DNA from: Eledone cirrhosa
Lineage: Eukaryota
Length of the DNA stretch: 64,000 nt
Reading direction: 5' to 3'
NCBI GenBank assembly: GCA_964016885.1
Contig: OZ024743.1
Coordinates: 166,346,001-166,410,000 of the forward strand
The notes beneath the pieces were generated by a model, which did not search any database, had not been told where the DNA came from, and worked only from the letters and a program-made list of their open reading frames with translations. A program made the position numbers and the translations under genes. Below are positions 50,054 to 62,464 of this stretch, in pieces (the first letter of the stretch is position 1; every line of letters starts with the position of its first letter).

Positions 50054-50209
50054 CTTTTCAATTTTAACCAATTCATTTGTGATTTCATTGCAGTAGGTGA
50101 AGAAAACAGAAAAGAAAAAAAGAATCAAATACTTTCCGATTTTAATCTTCATATTTATAAACACAATATTGACCCTTTATTTAAACATATTCCATTTTAA
50201 ACTAATGAA

Positions 50210-50360
50210 TAGACATTGCTAATTTGCATACATTTTGTGTCTACTAATTTGCATATATTCTATGTCCAGTAATTTGCATACATTCTATGTTCACCTCACT
50301 AATCTGCATACATTCTATGTTCACTAACATGCAAACATTTTATGTACACTATTTACATGC
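50210..50360. repeat. ~24-bp degenerate tandem repeat
   Basis: ctaatttgcatacattctatgt units. Confidence 0.75.
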
Positions 50361-51499
50361 ATTTTCTTCCAATGTTCACCTGGGTGGTATGATTTATTTA
50401 TTTATTCATATTCCTTTTATATTGCCTTATAAGTTAAGGGTTTCTATCAGGCCAATCACTAGTTTTCTGTATTTATAATGTCTGTGCAAGTCAGATGGAA
50501 CAAATATACATAACAACGTTCACCAATACACACCACCAAAAGATATACACATACGATTACCTTCTGCAGTTTTTACCTATCAAATTTCACTCACAATACA
50601 TTTGTCAACCCAAAGTAGAAGGCAATTGCCTAAGGTGCCACACAGTAAGATGAAACCTGGAACAATGCTCTTTCAAAGCAAACTTTTTAACCACAGAACA
50701 ATGCCTGGAGAAATGTATTTACACCTGATGCACTTCCTATTGCTAAACACTCAACCATGAAGTTTTTTTTTGGTTTGTTTTTATAAAATGATACTGGGGC
50801 AATAATGAAAATAAAGCACCTTGAACATTTGTGGATCAAAGTCTGTAGGAAAAACAGACAGAGAGCTGTAACTTTATGTAGTTGACATTTTAGCTTTATA
50901 ATTGTCATGTATGTTATTTTAGCCAACTAGTGAGCAATTTTTCCCCTATTTAAATAGAACACATAATTTTTCACTCACTTAGCTGTCACCAACAGCCATG
51001 GGTAAGCTGTCTCATTTCACTCTCTATCTCTTTCTTTTCAATAGCAGACACTGTTGAAGCAAAGACAAAAAGCTATTTTCCACTAGTTTAAAAGCACATA
51101 TGTTATCTACATGTATTTTTATTGTTAATCATCTGCTCATAAACCTTCTGAATTTACAAACGTGAACCTATGAATGTATGTTTTCTATCTAACTATCTGC
51201 AATACTAAGTTCAGAAAACCATGTCCCTTCCTGGGAAGGAGTGTACCACTCAAAATGACTTAGTAGTCAGCAACTTTAGAAGTAGAGTTAGAGAGTGAAG
51301 GAAAATTTAACATTAGTAGCAGATTTTAACACATAACACCATGGGTAGGAAGTTCCTCAACCATCTGGCTTTGATACAGAAAAGAATATTCATGGTCTCA
51401 TCTAAATGTTTACCTCACATTTACTCAGTTTACCTGTCATCTCACTCCTTGAACTCAATACATTGTTAACCATCTTAAATAAAGAAAAATTAACATTAC

Positions 51500-51572
51500 T
51501 GTCGTAGTTGTCATTATCTTGAAACCACACCAGTCTGTCCCTTGCTTTCTTTCAAGACATCGATAATAACAC
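51500..51572 (-). CDS. TTF2: TTF2-like exon 1 of 8 visible (N-terminal Cys-rich zinc-finger region)
   Basis: CYYRCLERKQGTDWCGFKIMTTTT resembles the TTF2 F/Y-R-C...W-C-G motif; strong acceptor ttttttctcacag, donor gtaatg. Confidence 0.82.
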
Positions 51573-51651
51573 CTGTGAGAAAAAAAAGAAATATATATAC
51601 ATATATATATAAAAAACAAAAATATGAGAGAAAACAGAAAAATGAATGAAT

Positions 51652-51735
51652 ACAGACAGTAGTCCCAACTCATCAGTTGACCGCTAGAGAAGAGAATCCC
51701 TAGCAGTTGCCTGATGAGACAGGACTACTGTCTGT
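51652..51735. other. 84-bp near-perfect hairpin (mini-MITE or pre-miRNA-like)
   Basis: ACAGACAGTAGTCC/GGACTACTGTCTGT, CTCATCAG/CTGATGAG and GCTAG/CTAGC nested pairings. Confidence 0.8.
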
Positions 51736-52640
51736 CATCATCATCATCACCGTTTTACGACCGTTCTTCCATGCTAGCATGGGTTAGACGGGTTGTCCTG
51801 TTGTGGGCAGTGTCAGGTCGGCTGACCTTGGCTTGCTCATACGGGAACTGATTTTGGCTTGATTTCTACAGCTGGATGCACTTCCTAACACCAACCTCAT
51901 TTACAGTGAGTGCTGGGTGCTTTTTTTCAGTGGCGCTTACACATCCACTTTACAGTGTGGACTGGGTGCTTTTTTGCCGTGGCACGTCCATGACCACTTT
52001 GCAGTGGGAGGTTGTGGGGGCGTATTGTCTATATGCTTCAGCTTCGGCTTGTACCCGTGGGGTGGTCGGATATTTCGGTATTACTACGTGGTCACGGTCA
52101 TGTGTCATCGTCTTTGAGAGGTGTAATTGGGTAAGGTCGGCTTTTATCACCTCATCCCAAGTCTTCTTGGGTCTCCCCACTCCGCGGCTTCCATCGACTT
52201 CTAGTGCTCTGCACCTTTTTATGCAGCTGTCATCCTTCATATGCATCACATGTCCATACCAGCGCAACCTCCTCTCCTGCACACAGCATTTGATTGCTCT
52301 TATACTCAGTCTCTCTCTCAATTTGTTTATGCTTTGCCGTTCGTGTATATTACTATTACACATCCATCGGAGCATGCAGGCTTCGTTTCTCTCTAATCTA
52401 CGCAAGTCTTCTACAGACAGCGCCCAGGTCTCACTACCATGTAACATTGCTGTTCGTATGCACGCATCATACAGTCTATCTTTCATTTTGAGGGAAAAGC
52501 CTTTTGCAGCTAGCAGTGGCAGTAGATCCCTGAACTTCTTCTATCCCGTTCTTACCCTAGTTATTGTACTTTCCAAACACCCACCTCCGCTGCAAATTCG
52601 GTCACCTAGGTAGCAGAAGCTGTCTACTGTTTCTACAGTA
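51735..52640 (-). mobile_element. RTE family B 3' fragment
   Basis: RLYDACIRTAMLHGSETW..RRLRWYGHV..GRPKKTW, 3' UTR module, (ATG)n tail. Confidence 0.92.
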
Positions 52641-52911
52641 TTCCTTCATTTTCCTTATATAATGTGATCTGTATAGAACGTTTTTAACGTCCACACCTTT
52701 TTTTTCACTATATATATATAAGTATTGAAGTTTCCGTTGAAAATTGAAAAAGTCATAGGAGTGAAGAGTGCTCTATGTAAGTACCAGAGCTAAATTTAAT
52801 GTATAATAAGCAATACAATATAATTACCTCATTACCAGAGGTTTCCCGAATAAGACGAATACAAAAAACGTCCTCATTCGTTCATCGGACAAGGCAATTT
52901 AAAACAGTGAA

Positions 52912-53893
52912 ATCATCATCATCATCATCGTTTAACGTCCGTGTTCCACGCTTGCATGGGTTTGGACGGGGGTTTTCCCACTTGAGGCAAGAGTGATTGT
53001 CTTGCTCGCATAGGACTGTCTGGCGGGTTTTCTACAGCTGGATGCCCTTCCTAACACCAACCACATTTATAGTGTGGGGCTGGGAGGTTTTTACCGTGTT
53101 GCCTACACGGCCACATTACAGCGTGGACTGTCTGGCGTGTTTTCTACAGCTGGATGCCCTTCCTAACACAAACCACATTTACAGTGTGGGTTTGGGAGGT
53201 TTTTACCGTGTTGCCTACACGGCCACATTACAGCGTGGACTGTGTGGTTTTTTTTTGTCGTGACACCTACACGATCTCATTTGTTTCGGCCTGGATGTTG
53301 TGGCACCAACATAACTTTACATTGAAAGGGGCGGTGTGGTGGGGTGGTGGGACGGGGGTGTATTTTGTTAGCGATGCCTACTGACTGTAGTAGGTTTTAC
53401 TTTGTATTTAGGTAAGGCGAGTCTTCTCTATTACTGAGTACCGCCAAAGGTCTCGGTCCAGTGACATTGTCTTGGAGAGGTGTAAGTGTGTGAGGTCGGA
53501 ATTTATCAGCTCGTCCCAGGTTTTTCTGGGTCTGCCTACTCCGTAGCTACCGTCTATCTTTATTGCCCTGCACTTTGTTATACAGCTGTCGTCTTTCATG
53601 CGCATCACGTGACCATACCAACGTAGCCTTCTCTCGAGTAAACAACATCTGATCCCTCTTATTTCTAATTTTTTCCTTAGTTCGCTTATGCTTTGCCGTT
53701 CACGTATGTTACTATTACACATCCAGCGGAGCATGCAAGCTTCGTTCCTCTCTAGTCTGCGTATATCCTCTGCACACAATGCCCAGGTCTCACTGCCATG
53801 CAACATTGCTGTTCGTATGCAGGCATCATACAACCTGCCTTTCATTTTTAGGGAGAACCCTTTAGTGGCTAATAGTGGTATAAGCTCTCTGAA
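52912..53893 (-). mobile_element. 5'-truncated young RTE family B copy
   Basis: Nearly identical to 58710-59683 including the 3' UTR; (ATG)n tail. Confidence 0.94.
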
Positions 53894-54019
53894 CGAAATA
53901 TTTGAAAAATCTCCTCAAGAAAGGCAAAAGTTTAATGGGCAAAAAAAATTATAAATAAAAGTAATGCAAGAGATATATAAAACAATAAGGAAATATAGTT
54001 AGGGTATGTGTATAAATGT

Positions 54020-56112
54020 CAGTAACAGATTTAGAGATATTTTACTTGGCAGTAAAGAGCAGATAAGAGACATTCAATATAGAAGAGCACTGGGAGGAAT
54101 GTACCTCCCAAATTAACCTAAAAAATAACCTACTTAAGGCGACAGACAAGATCTGCAAATGGAACAAGACTACAGGGAGAAGGAGAGTGACTTGGTGGTG
54201 GAACAATAAGGTAGATGAGACAATTAAGGCCAAGAGTCAGGCATGGAAACAATGGAAGAACAGAGAAAGTAGAGTACGCTACACAGAGGCCAGAAAGGAA
54301 GCTAGACGACAAGTATACTTAGCTAGAAGGGAAGCGGAGGATAAAAAATTCAAACATGTTTTGCAGCATGTGGACCAGAAACAGGATGTGTTTGGGAATG
54401 CGAGGCAGTACGTTAGAGAGAATTGCAATATCATGGGTGAGAAGTGTGTGTGGGATGATAAAGGTACACTTGACCTCACTGGTGCCGAGAAGAAAGCTGT
54501 GTGGAAGAGCCATTATGACAGATTACTGAATGAGGAGAATGTGTGGGAGAAAAAGACCCTACATCAAGTGGATTCCATAGAGGGCCAGCTGTACAAGTCA
54601 GCAGTAGTGTAGTAAGGAAGGCAATTAAGGATATGAAGACTGGGAAGGCAGCTTGCCCATCAGGAATAGTTGCCAGGATGCTGAAAGCATCTGGGTCAGT
54701 AGGTCACACTATAACCACACGTATTGTTAACCAATACTAGATGGTGTCATACCATATGATTGGCACAGCAGCATCATTGTCAACTGCTACAAGGGTAAAG
54801 GAGATGCACTAGATAGAGGAAACTATAGATATAACACTGATGGACCAGGTCATGAAAGTAACGGTAAGAGTTATAGCACAGTTGATTAGGGACCGGGTAA
54901 ATCTAGATGGGATGCAGTTTGGATTGTGCCAGGCAAAAGCCCCACTGATGCTCTTCCTTGTGAAGCAGTTACAGGTAAAGTACCAAGCTAAAAGTAAGCT
55001 TCTCTACCTGGCATTTGTTGATCTGGAAAAAGCTTTTGACAGAGTGCCCTATGCCATAATCTGGTGAGTTCTTAGAAAACTAGAAGTAGATGAGTGGCTT
55101 GTGAAGGCTGTACAAGCCATGTATAGGGGAGCAGTCAGCAAAGTTAGGATTAACAATGACTATAGCAAGAAATTAAGTATACAGGTTGGTGTCCACCAGG
55201 GCTCTGTTCTTAACCCTCTCCTGTTTATCATCATGTTACAGGCTATAACTGATGAGTTTAAGGCCAGGGAGCTACTACCACTGCTAGCTACAAAAGGCTT
55301 TTCTCTCAAAATGAAAGGTAGACTATATGATGCGGGCATATGAACAGCAATGTTACATGGTAGTGAGACCTGGGCATAGATTGGAAAGGAATGAAGTTTG
55401 CATGTTCTGATGGATGTGTAATAGTAATATACGAGAATGGCGAAGCATAAAGAAACAGAGGAAAACTAGGCATAAGAGGAATCAAATGCAGTGTGCAGGA
55501 GGAGACTGCGTTGGTATGGACATGTGATGCATATGAAGGATGACAGTTGCATAAAAATGTGCAGAGTGTTCAAAGTTGATGGAAGCCGTGGTGTGGGGAG
55601 ACCCAGGAAGATATATGACGAGGTGATAATATCTGACCTTGCCCAATCGCACCTCTCAAAGGTGATAACATATGACCGAGATCTCTGCATTACGCAGTAA
55701 TACAGAAGACCGAAACAGAAGCATATATACAGTATGCACCAACCCAACCCACCCTCCCATGAGGACAGGCCGAAGTATACATCCAGTAAAGCCCCCAGCC
55801 CACACTGTGAAGTGGTCGTGTAGGTGTCACAAGAAAAAGTGACCCAGTTCACACTATAAAGTGGTCGTGTTGGTGACATGACAAAAAGCACCCAGTCCAC
55901 ACTGTAAAGTGGTTGTATTGGTGATATGACAAAAAGCACCCAGTCCTCACTGTAAATGAGGTTGGGGTTAGGAAAGGCATCCAGCTGTAGAAACCTAGCC
56001 CAAATCAGTTCTTTTTGTGCAAGACATGGTTACCTGCCCTAGCATTGTCCTCAACAAGACAACTCGTGTAACCCATGCTAGCATGGATAAATGGACATAA
56101 AACAGTGATGAT
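54020..56112 (+). mobile_element. Decayed RTE family B copy with internal deletion
   Basis: TWWWN.., FVDLEKAFD, QGSVLNP, then ITDEFK|ARELLPLL, a deletion removing YADD and the C4HC3 finger; tandem 3' UTR module. Confidence 0.9.
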
Positions 56113-56257
56113 GGTATGTATCTGAGTCTCATGTGGTTTAATCATAATTGATAGTTTGTCTTCGATGATCGATTACATAGATCGATTTTTATCCATACTC
56201 TTCAGATATGAAATAGCGCTATAAGGTTTCACTTAAGATTCCAACTGTGTATATATT

Positions 56258-56968
56258 ATAATAATAATAATGAAATTATTGTGTAAAGTGCTCAGGTGCA
56301 CTACAACTCGTCAAATGTGCATGCATAGTACATAGAATAATATACAAATGTCAGAGAAGTGAATAGTGTATGAGTCATGATATACATGTGTGTATGTGTA
56401 TGGAGGGGGAACATTAGGTGTAGTGTTGGCGAATCACGGGAAGCATGGAGGTTTTAAAGGATGCAGTGTCTCGACAGCTAACAACCGATGCAGGTAGTTT
56501 GCTCCATGCTTCAGCAACTCTGAGCGTGAAAAAATGTTTCCGAAAGTTATGGGAACTGTGCTGTTTTCTGACTTTGTAGGCATGTCCACGTGTGTTAGAC
56601 ACATGGAAATCAAAAAGGTACTCAGGGTTGTTGTTGGCAAGATGGTTAACAAGTTTGTGGGTGTTTACCAAGTCAGTTGCCAGGCGTCGGAGCTTCAATG
56701 TATCCATGCCCAGGGAAGCAAGGCGCTCAGAGTATGGTAGATGCCTGATGGAGGGTATTTGCTTGGTTGAACGTCTCTGAACAGTTTCCAGGTGGTCAAT
56801 GTTCTGAGCAAGATAGGGGTTCCAGACTGGTGATGCAAATTCTAAGTGTGGCCGCACCATAGCCATGTACAGGCTTAAATAGATAGCTGGAGAGCGGCTG
56901 ACAAAGGTCTTGCTGAGTGATGCGAAGACACCCTCAGCCCTCTTGACAATTTTAGAGATGTGCTTCAT
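56258..56968 (-). mobile_element. CR1-clade LINE 3' fragment
   Basis: VRPHLEFASPVWNPY, LETVQRR, TRGH, FFTLRVAEAWSKLP; (ATT)n tail; same family as 47250. Confidence 0.92.
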
Positions 56969-57419
56969 TCTTCTATAGAATATGTATTTGGTATATATAT
57001 ATATATATACCGTGTTTCTTGTGTGATATATGGCTCTTTCGCTCTCTGTATATACATATATCTTTATATAAATAATTACAACAGTGACATAAACCGGTAC
57101 TCAAGTTTCGTTAGGTTCTGGGACCCAATTTTTTCAGCCTGTCATGAGAAAAATGGAAAACCAAGATGGCCACCTATGGTTGATTGTGTTTTCCCTTTGG
57201 GGCTATAACAAGAGTTCATGCAGGGGCAAGTAATTTAGAAAAAGTATAGAAAAGAAGGAGTTAATTTAAAGAAGGATAAGGTCTAAGGAAGGTAACTTTT
57301 GAGAGACCACAGTCAATTCAGAATGGAAATAGAAGCACAATTTCTTCTAGCTAACTCAAGGGATCACCCTACTATAATTTAGCGCTGAGGAACAGCGGCT
57401 TCTCTAAATATATTACATA

Positions 57420-57685
57420 CTCTTCAGATCACCACCCTACATCGAACAAGAAAAAACCTAGACATAAAGATGTCATATGGTTTGCACCACCTTTCTCACT
57501 TAATGTGAAGACAAATGTAGGCAAAAAATTCTTAGGCCTCTTAGATCTCCATTTCCCTGTTGGTCATAAATACCAAAAGATATTTAATCACCATACAGTA
57601 AAAACAGGATACTCTTGCACCAACAATGTAAAAACCTATATCACCGGTAAACACAAAAGCCCCCCCACCATACGGATGCTCATGT
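57420..57685 (+). mobile_element. Penelope-like RT C-terminal fragment (different lineage)
   Basis: VIWFAPPFSLNVKTNVGKKFLGLLDLHFP..IFNHHTVKTGYSC matches the WFNPP..TN.GK.FL..HFP..IFN..T.K.SYSC pattern of Penelope-like elements. Confidence 0.75.
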
Positions 57686-57690
57686 AGAAC

Positions 57691-57780
57691 AGTGCTACTC
57701 AAAGTGGTGGTCCACGGACCGGTGCCGGTACGCGAGCCATCAGCTATTGGTACGCGGCCAGTGTCCAGGCCATGCTAAGG
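57691..57780 (+). mobile_element. hAT/Charlie-like terminal fragment
   Basis: CAGTGCTACTCAAAGTG.TGGTCC..GGACC is a typical hAT MITE terminus. Confidence 0.55.
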
Positions 57781-58081
57781 AATCATTTGAGGAATTGGTA
57801 GAATCTAAGGCATTTCAAGGAAATTTTAGGCTGTGACTGCTAGTTTCAGTAATTTGTCCTTATGCAATGAAAACTGGGGGTGAAAATTATATGACAATAA
57901 TAGGTAAATTAACCTGATAGTAAAAACATAAGTTGATAATATATCATAGTTTTCTATGAAGAAAGAAAGTCAAATAACAGAAAATGGACTGTGCAGCATC
58001 AGTTTCGGTGACTAAACGACCTACTGCAGTAAGTAAACAACTTATCAGTTGGCTGGTGGTGATGTATTCAAATATATATAT

Positions 58082-58377
58082 ATATTCATTAGTTAAGCAA
58101 GCAAGACCACAAATTTCACAAGGAAGGCATTAAAGGATTGTCAACATAGTTTTAGTTAATGTAAGGAATGCAAAGAATAATAATAATTGTTTCTACTTTC
58201 GGCACAAGGCTAACAATTACCCAGTGCATTACTGGTACTTTATTTTATTGACCCCGTAAGGATGAAAGGCAAAGTCAACCTCGGCGGGATTTGAACTCAG
58301 ATCGTAAAGGGACGTAACTATGCTGGAAAGCATGGCGTCCGACCCTCTACCGATACTGCCAATCCACCGCCCTTTAG

Positions 58378-58409
<32 letters not shown>

Positions 58410-58504
58410 TCTTTGCATTCCTTACATTAACTAAAACTATGTTGACAATCCTTTAATGCCTTCCTTGTGAAATTTGTGGTCTTGTTTGCATAACTGATGA
58501 ATAT
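58082..58504. repeat. Palindrome with ~100-bp arms and a SINE (58184-58373, minus) at its centre
   Basis: 58082-58185 is the reverse complement of about 58400-58504; the centre is (AAT)n/(ATT)n. Confidence 0.9.
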
Positions 58505-58663
58505 TTCCAGCTCTGTGCACCTAACCTCTGCATGAACCCAGCCACCTAGCTGCCTTCCACTGCATATTGCACATTGAGCACATGCCTTAACGCTTTAATT
58601 CACCAATCTCTCCTCTCCTACCCTATCTCCATCTCTCTATTAAAGATTGGTTACTCTTAAACT

Positions 58664-58694
<31 letters not shown>

Positions 58695-58709
58695 CATACA
58701 TACATACAT

Positions 58710-61700
58710 ATCATCATCATCATCATCATCGTTTAATGTCCCTGTTCCACGCTTGCATGGGTTTGGACGGGGGTTTTCCCACTTGAGGCAAGAGTGGTTG
58801 TCTTGCTCGCATAGGACTGTCTGGCGGGTTTTCTACAGCTGGATGCCCTTCCTAACACCAACCACATTTACAGTGTGGGGCTGGGAGGTTTTTACCGTGT
58901 TGCCTACACGGCCACATTACAGCGTGGACTGTCTGGCGTGTTTTCTACAGCTGGATGCCCTTCCTAACACCAACCACATTTACAGTGTGGGACTGGGAGG
59001 TTTTTACCGTGTTGCCTACACGGCCACATTACAGCGTGGACTGTTTTTTTTTGTCGTGACACCTACACGATCTCATTTGTTTCGGCCTGGATGTTGTGGC
59101 ACCAACATAACTTTGCATTGAAGGGGGCGGTGTGGATGGGGTGGGACGGGGGTGTATTTTGTTAGAGATGCCTACTGACTGTAGTAGGTTTTACTTTGTA
59201 TTTAGGTAAGGCGGGTCTTCTCTGTTACTGAGTACCGCCAAAGGTCTCGGTCCAGTGACATTGTCTTGGAGAGGTGTGTGTGAGGTCGGAATTTATCAGC
59301 TCGTCCCAGGTTTTCCTGGGTCTGCCTACTCCGTGGCTACCATCTATCTTTATTGCCCTGCACTTTGTTATACAGCTGTCGTCTTTCATGCGCATCACGT
59401 GACCATACCAACGTAGCCTTCTCTCGAGTAAACAACATCTGATCCCTCTTATTTCTAATTTTTTCCTTAGTTCGTTTATGCTCTGCCGTTCACGTATATT
59501 ACTATTACACATCCAGCGGAGCATGCAAGCTTCGTTCCTCCCTAGTCTGCGTATATCCTCTGCACACAATGCCCAGGTCTCACTGCCATGCAACATTGCT
59601 GTTCGTATGCAGGCATCATACAACCTGCCTTTCGTTTTTAGGGAGAACCCTTTAGCGGCTAATAGTGGTATAAGCTCTCTGAACTTTTTCCATCCAGTTC
59701 TGACTCTAGCTACTGTACTTTCAGAGCACCCTCCCCCACTGCTGATTTTGTCACCCAGGTAACGGAAGCTGTCCACTATTTCTATAGAACCCTCTGCGCA
59801 ATTAAAAGAGCTAGTATTTTGTGGGCACTTGCTGCTACTTATTGCACCAGAGCACCGGCCACATGTAAAATCTGTGTTCTTAGTTAGCTTACCTGTGATC
59901 CCACTACATCTTTTATGCACCCATACTTTGCATTTGGGACATAAAATGGAGTTTCTAACTACGCCTTTCCTACACACTGAGCATGGCCATTTTCCGGAGG
60001 GGACCGGCGCCTTATTTTCTTTCCTACAAACTAGAACTTTAGTCTTAGCCAGGTTAATTTTAAGGCCTTTTGATTCTAGGCCGTGCTTCCATGTTTGGAA
60101 TTTCTTCTCTAGCTCGGCCATTGATTCAGCTATGAGCGTTAGATCATCTGCGTATAGGAGTTCCCATGGGCAGCCGGTCTTGAACTCCTCTGTTATAGCC
60201 TGAAGGGCAATAATAAATAGTAGGGGGCTAAGAACAGAGCCCTGATGGACACCAACTTTTACGCTAAACTCTTCACTATATTCGTTGTTAATTCTAACCT
60301 TGCTGACTGTTTCTTTATACATGGCTTGTATGGCTCTCACAAGCCATTCGTCAACACCTAGTTTTCAAAGAGCCCACCAGATAATGGAACGGGGGACTCT
60401 GTCGAAGGCTTTCTCCAAGTCGACAAAAGCTAAGTATAGGGGTTTACTTTTAGCTAGGTACTTCTCCTGTAGTTGTCGTACAATGAAAAGAGCGTCTGTG
60501 GTACTTTTGCCTGACACAAACCCAAACTGCATTTCATCTAGATCAATTCTCTCTCTGATTAGTTGCGCTATTACTTTTTCCGTGACCTTCATGACCTGGT
60601 CAATTAATTTAATGCCTCTATAGTTACTCCTATCTAGGGCGTCTCCTTTACCCTTGTAACAGTTAACAATGATGCTGTTACGCCAGTCCTTCGGAACAAC
60701 CCCATTCTGTATGACTTGGTTTACTATCCGGGTGACCATGGTGTGTCCCACCGTACCGGAGGCTTTCAGCATCTCGGCAACTATTTCCGAAGGCCCAGCC
60801 GCCTTACCCATCTTCATATCTTTGATTGCCTTACTTATTATACTACCTTCGACTAACACTGCTGGTCCCTCTATTGGGTCAATGTGGGGGAGACTGTCTT
60901 TCTCCCATTTATTCTCCTCATTTAGTAGCCTTTCGTAGTGACACTTCCAAGCTACCTTCTTATCAGCGTCAGTGATGGCAAGCACGCCATCATCGTTAAG
61001 TACACACTTCTCCCCGACAATATCACGGTTTTCCTTGACACATTGCCTAGCAATCCTGAACACCTCACATTTTTGGTCCTCGCGTTGTAGAACATGCTTG
61101 AACTTTCTTTCCTCTGCTTCCCTCCTGGCCACTTGATAGTCTTCTCTACTTCCCCCATCCCGCCATGCTTTCCAAGCCTGCTTTTTGGCCTTGATTGACC
61201 CCTCCACCTTACTGTTCCACCACCATGTTACTCTCCTCCTGCCTACAGGCCTGCTCCAGCCACAGACTTTGTCTGCCGCCATCAGCAGGTTTGCTTTCAG
61301 GAATTCCCACTGTTCCTCTACCTTGTACGACTCTAATTGCTCTTCCTTACTGTCGAAAGCATCAAGTAATATGCTTTGAAATTTATTTCTGGCTGTGGGA
61401 TCTTTTAGCTTCCATATTTTTCTCCTGAGGATAGTCCTCTTCTGCTGTCTAGTACGTCTCGTCCTGACTATGAGGTCGCTAATTATCATGTTGGGAGGTG
61501 CATTCTTCATGGGGGAGGGATTTAGTGTTTACAACAGACACTCTGTCACGTCTTCTGGTAAGGATATAATCTACCTGGCTGGTATGTTCTCCTGATCTGT
61601 AGGTGATCAAGTGATTGTCTCGTTTTTTGAAGTTAGTGTTACAGATAGTTAGGTTGTTTGCATCACAGAATTCCAGGATTCTGGAGCCTTCCTCGTTTCT

Positions 61701-62354
61701 AGTACCAAACCCATAGCCTCCGTGGATTTCGTCATAGCCGTCACAATGTTGTCCAACGTGACCATTTAGGTCGCCAGCAATAATTATATAGTCACTGTCG
61801 GTTATTTGGGAGGTAGTGAGCATCAGTGTCTCATAGAATCTGTCTTTTATAGTGCCAGGCAGTCCGGATTGGGGCGCGTATGCAGATATTACTGTCACAG
61901 TAGTTCTGTTTAGAACAAGTCTTATTTTAATTATTCTGTCATTCACTCTATTTACATCTATTATCTTATCCACCCATTTTTCTGCTAACATGATTCCTAC
62001 CCCACCTATCCCATTGTCATTCCCCACCCAGAAAAGCTTATAGCAACGTTTTTTACCCACAATGAATCTAGCAGACCCGCCCCTCCACCTGGTCTCTTGG
62101 ATACAGCAAACATCAACCTCCTTACGTTCAAGCAATTCTACAACCTCGTTAGAGCGGCCTTTTAAGGTGCCTACGTTCATGGTACCAACTCTGAAGTTTT
62201 GGATTGTGTTTGGAGGATGGGGCGCAGGGAGGGGTGAGGGGAATGAGTTTGGGGTTATGTTGGCCATCCGCGGCCGAAACAAAGAGGAGGGGGCCTTGCC
62301 CCTTCGTCCGGCAGCATGAGGTGAATTTGTCGTTATCTTTGGCATTGTCATCAA
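58710..62354 (-). mobile_element. Near full-length RTE/BovB LINE (family B) with few frameshifts
   Basis: Consecutive ORFs 61479-62354 (APE), 60365-61510 and 59225-60340 (RT with YADD and C4HC3 finger), ~500-bp 3' UTR, (ATG)n tail. Confidence 0.96.
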
Positions 62355-62464
62355 GTGTCCAGATTCTTCAGACTCTCCAGAAATTCCTTAGTCCATCCAT
62401 CATATCGAAAAGCAGCCAGTAGTGATAGCATAGGCCGTTGACTTGTGATTGGTCCAAACAGTAA

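Noticed and set aside
50720-50842. Possible extra TTF2 exon after the strong acceptor tttttcctacag
   Set aside because: No recognisable TTF2 similarity, ambiguous donor, and the model is already in phase without it; needs RNA-seq.
58465-58505. Type II hammerhead (GAAA..TC..CTGATGA) in the palindrome arm
   Set aside because: Stems II and III are too weak and the mirrored arm lacks the intact box.
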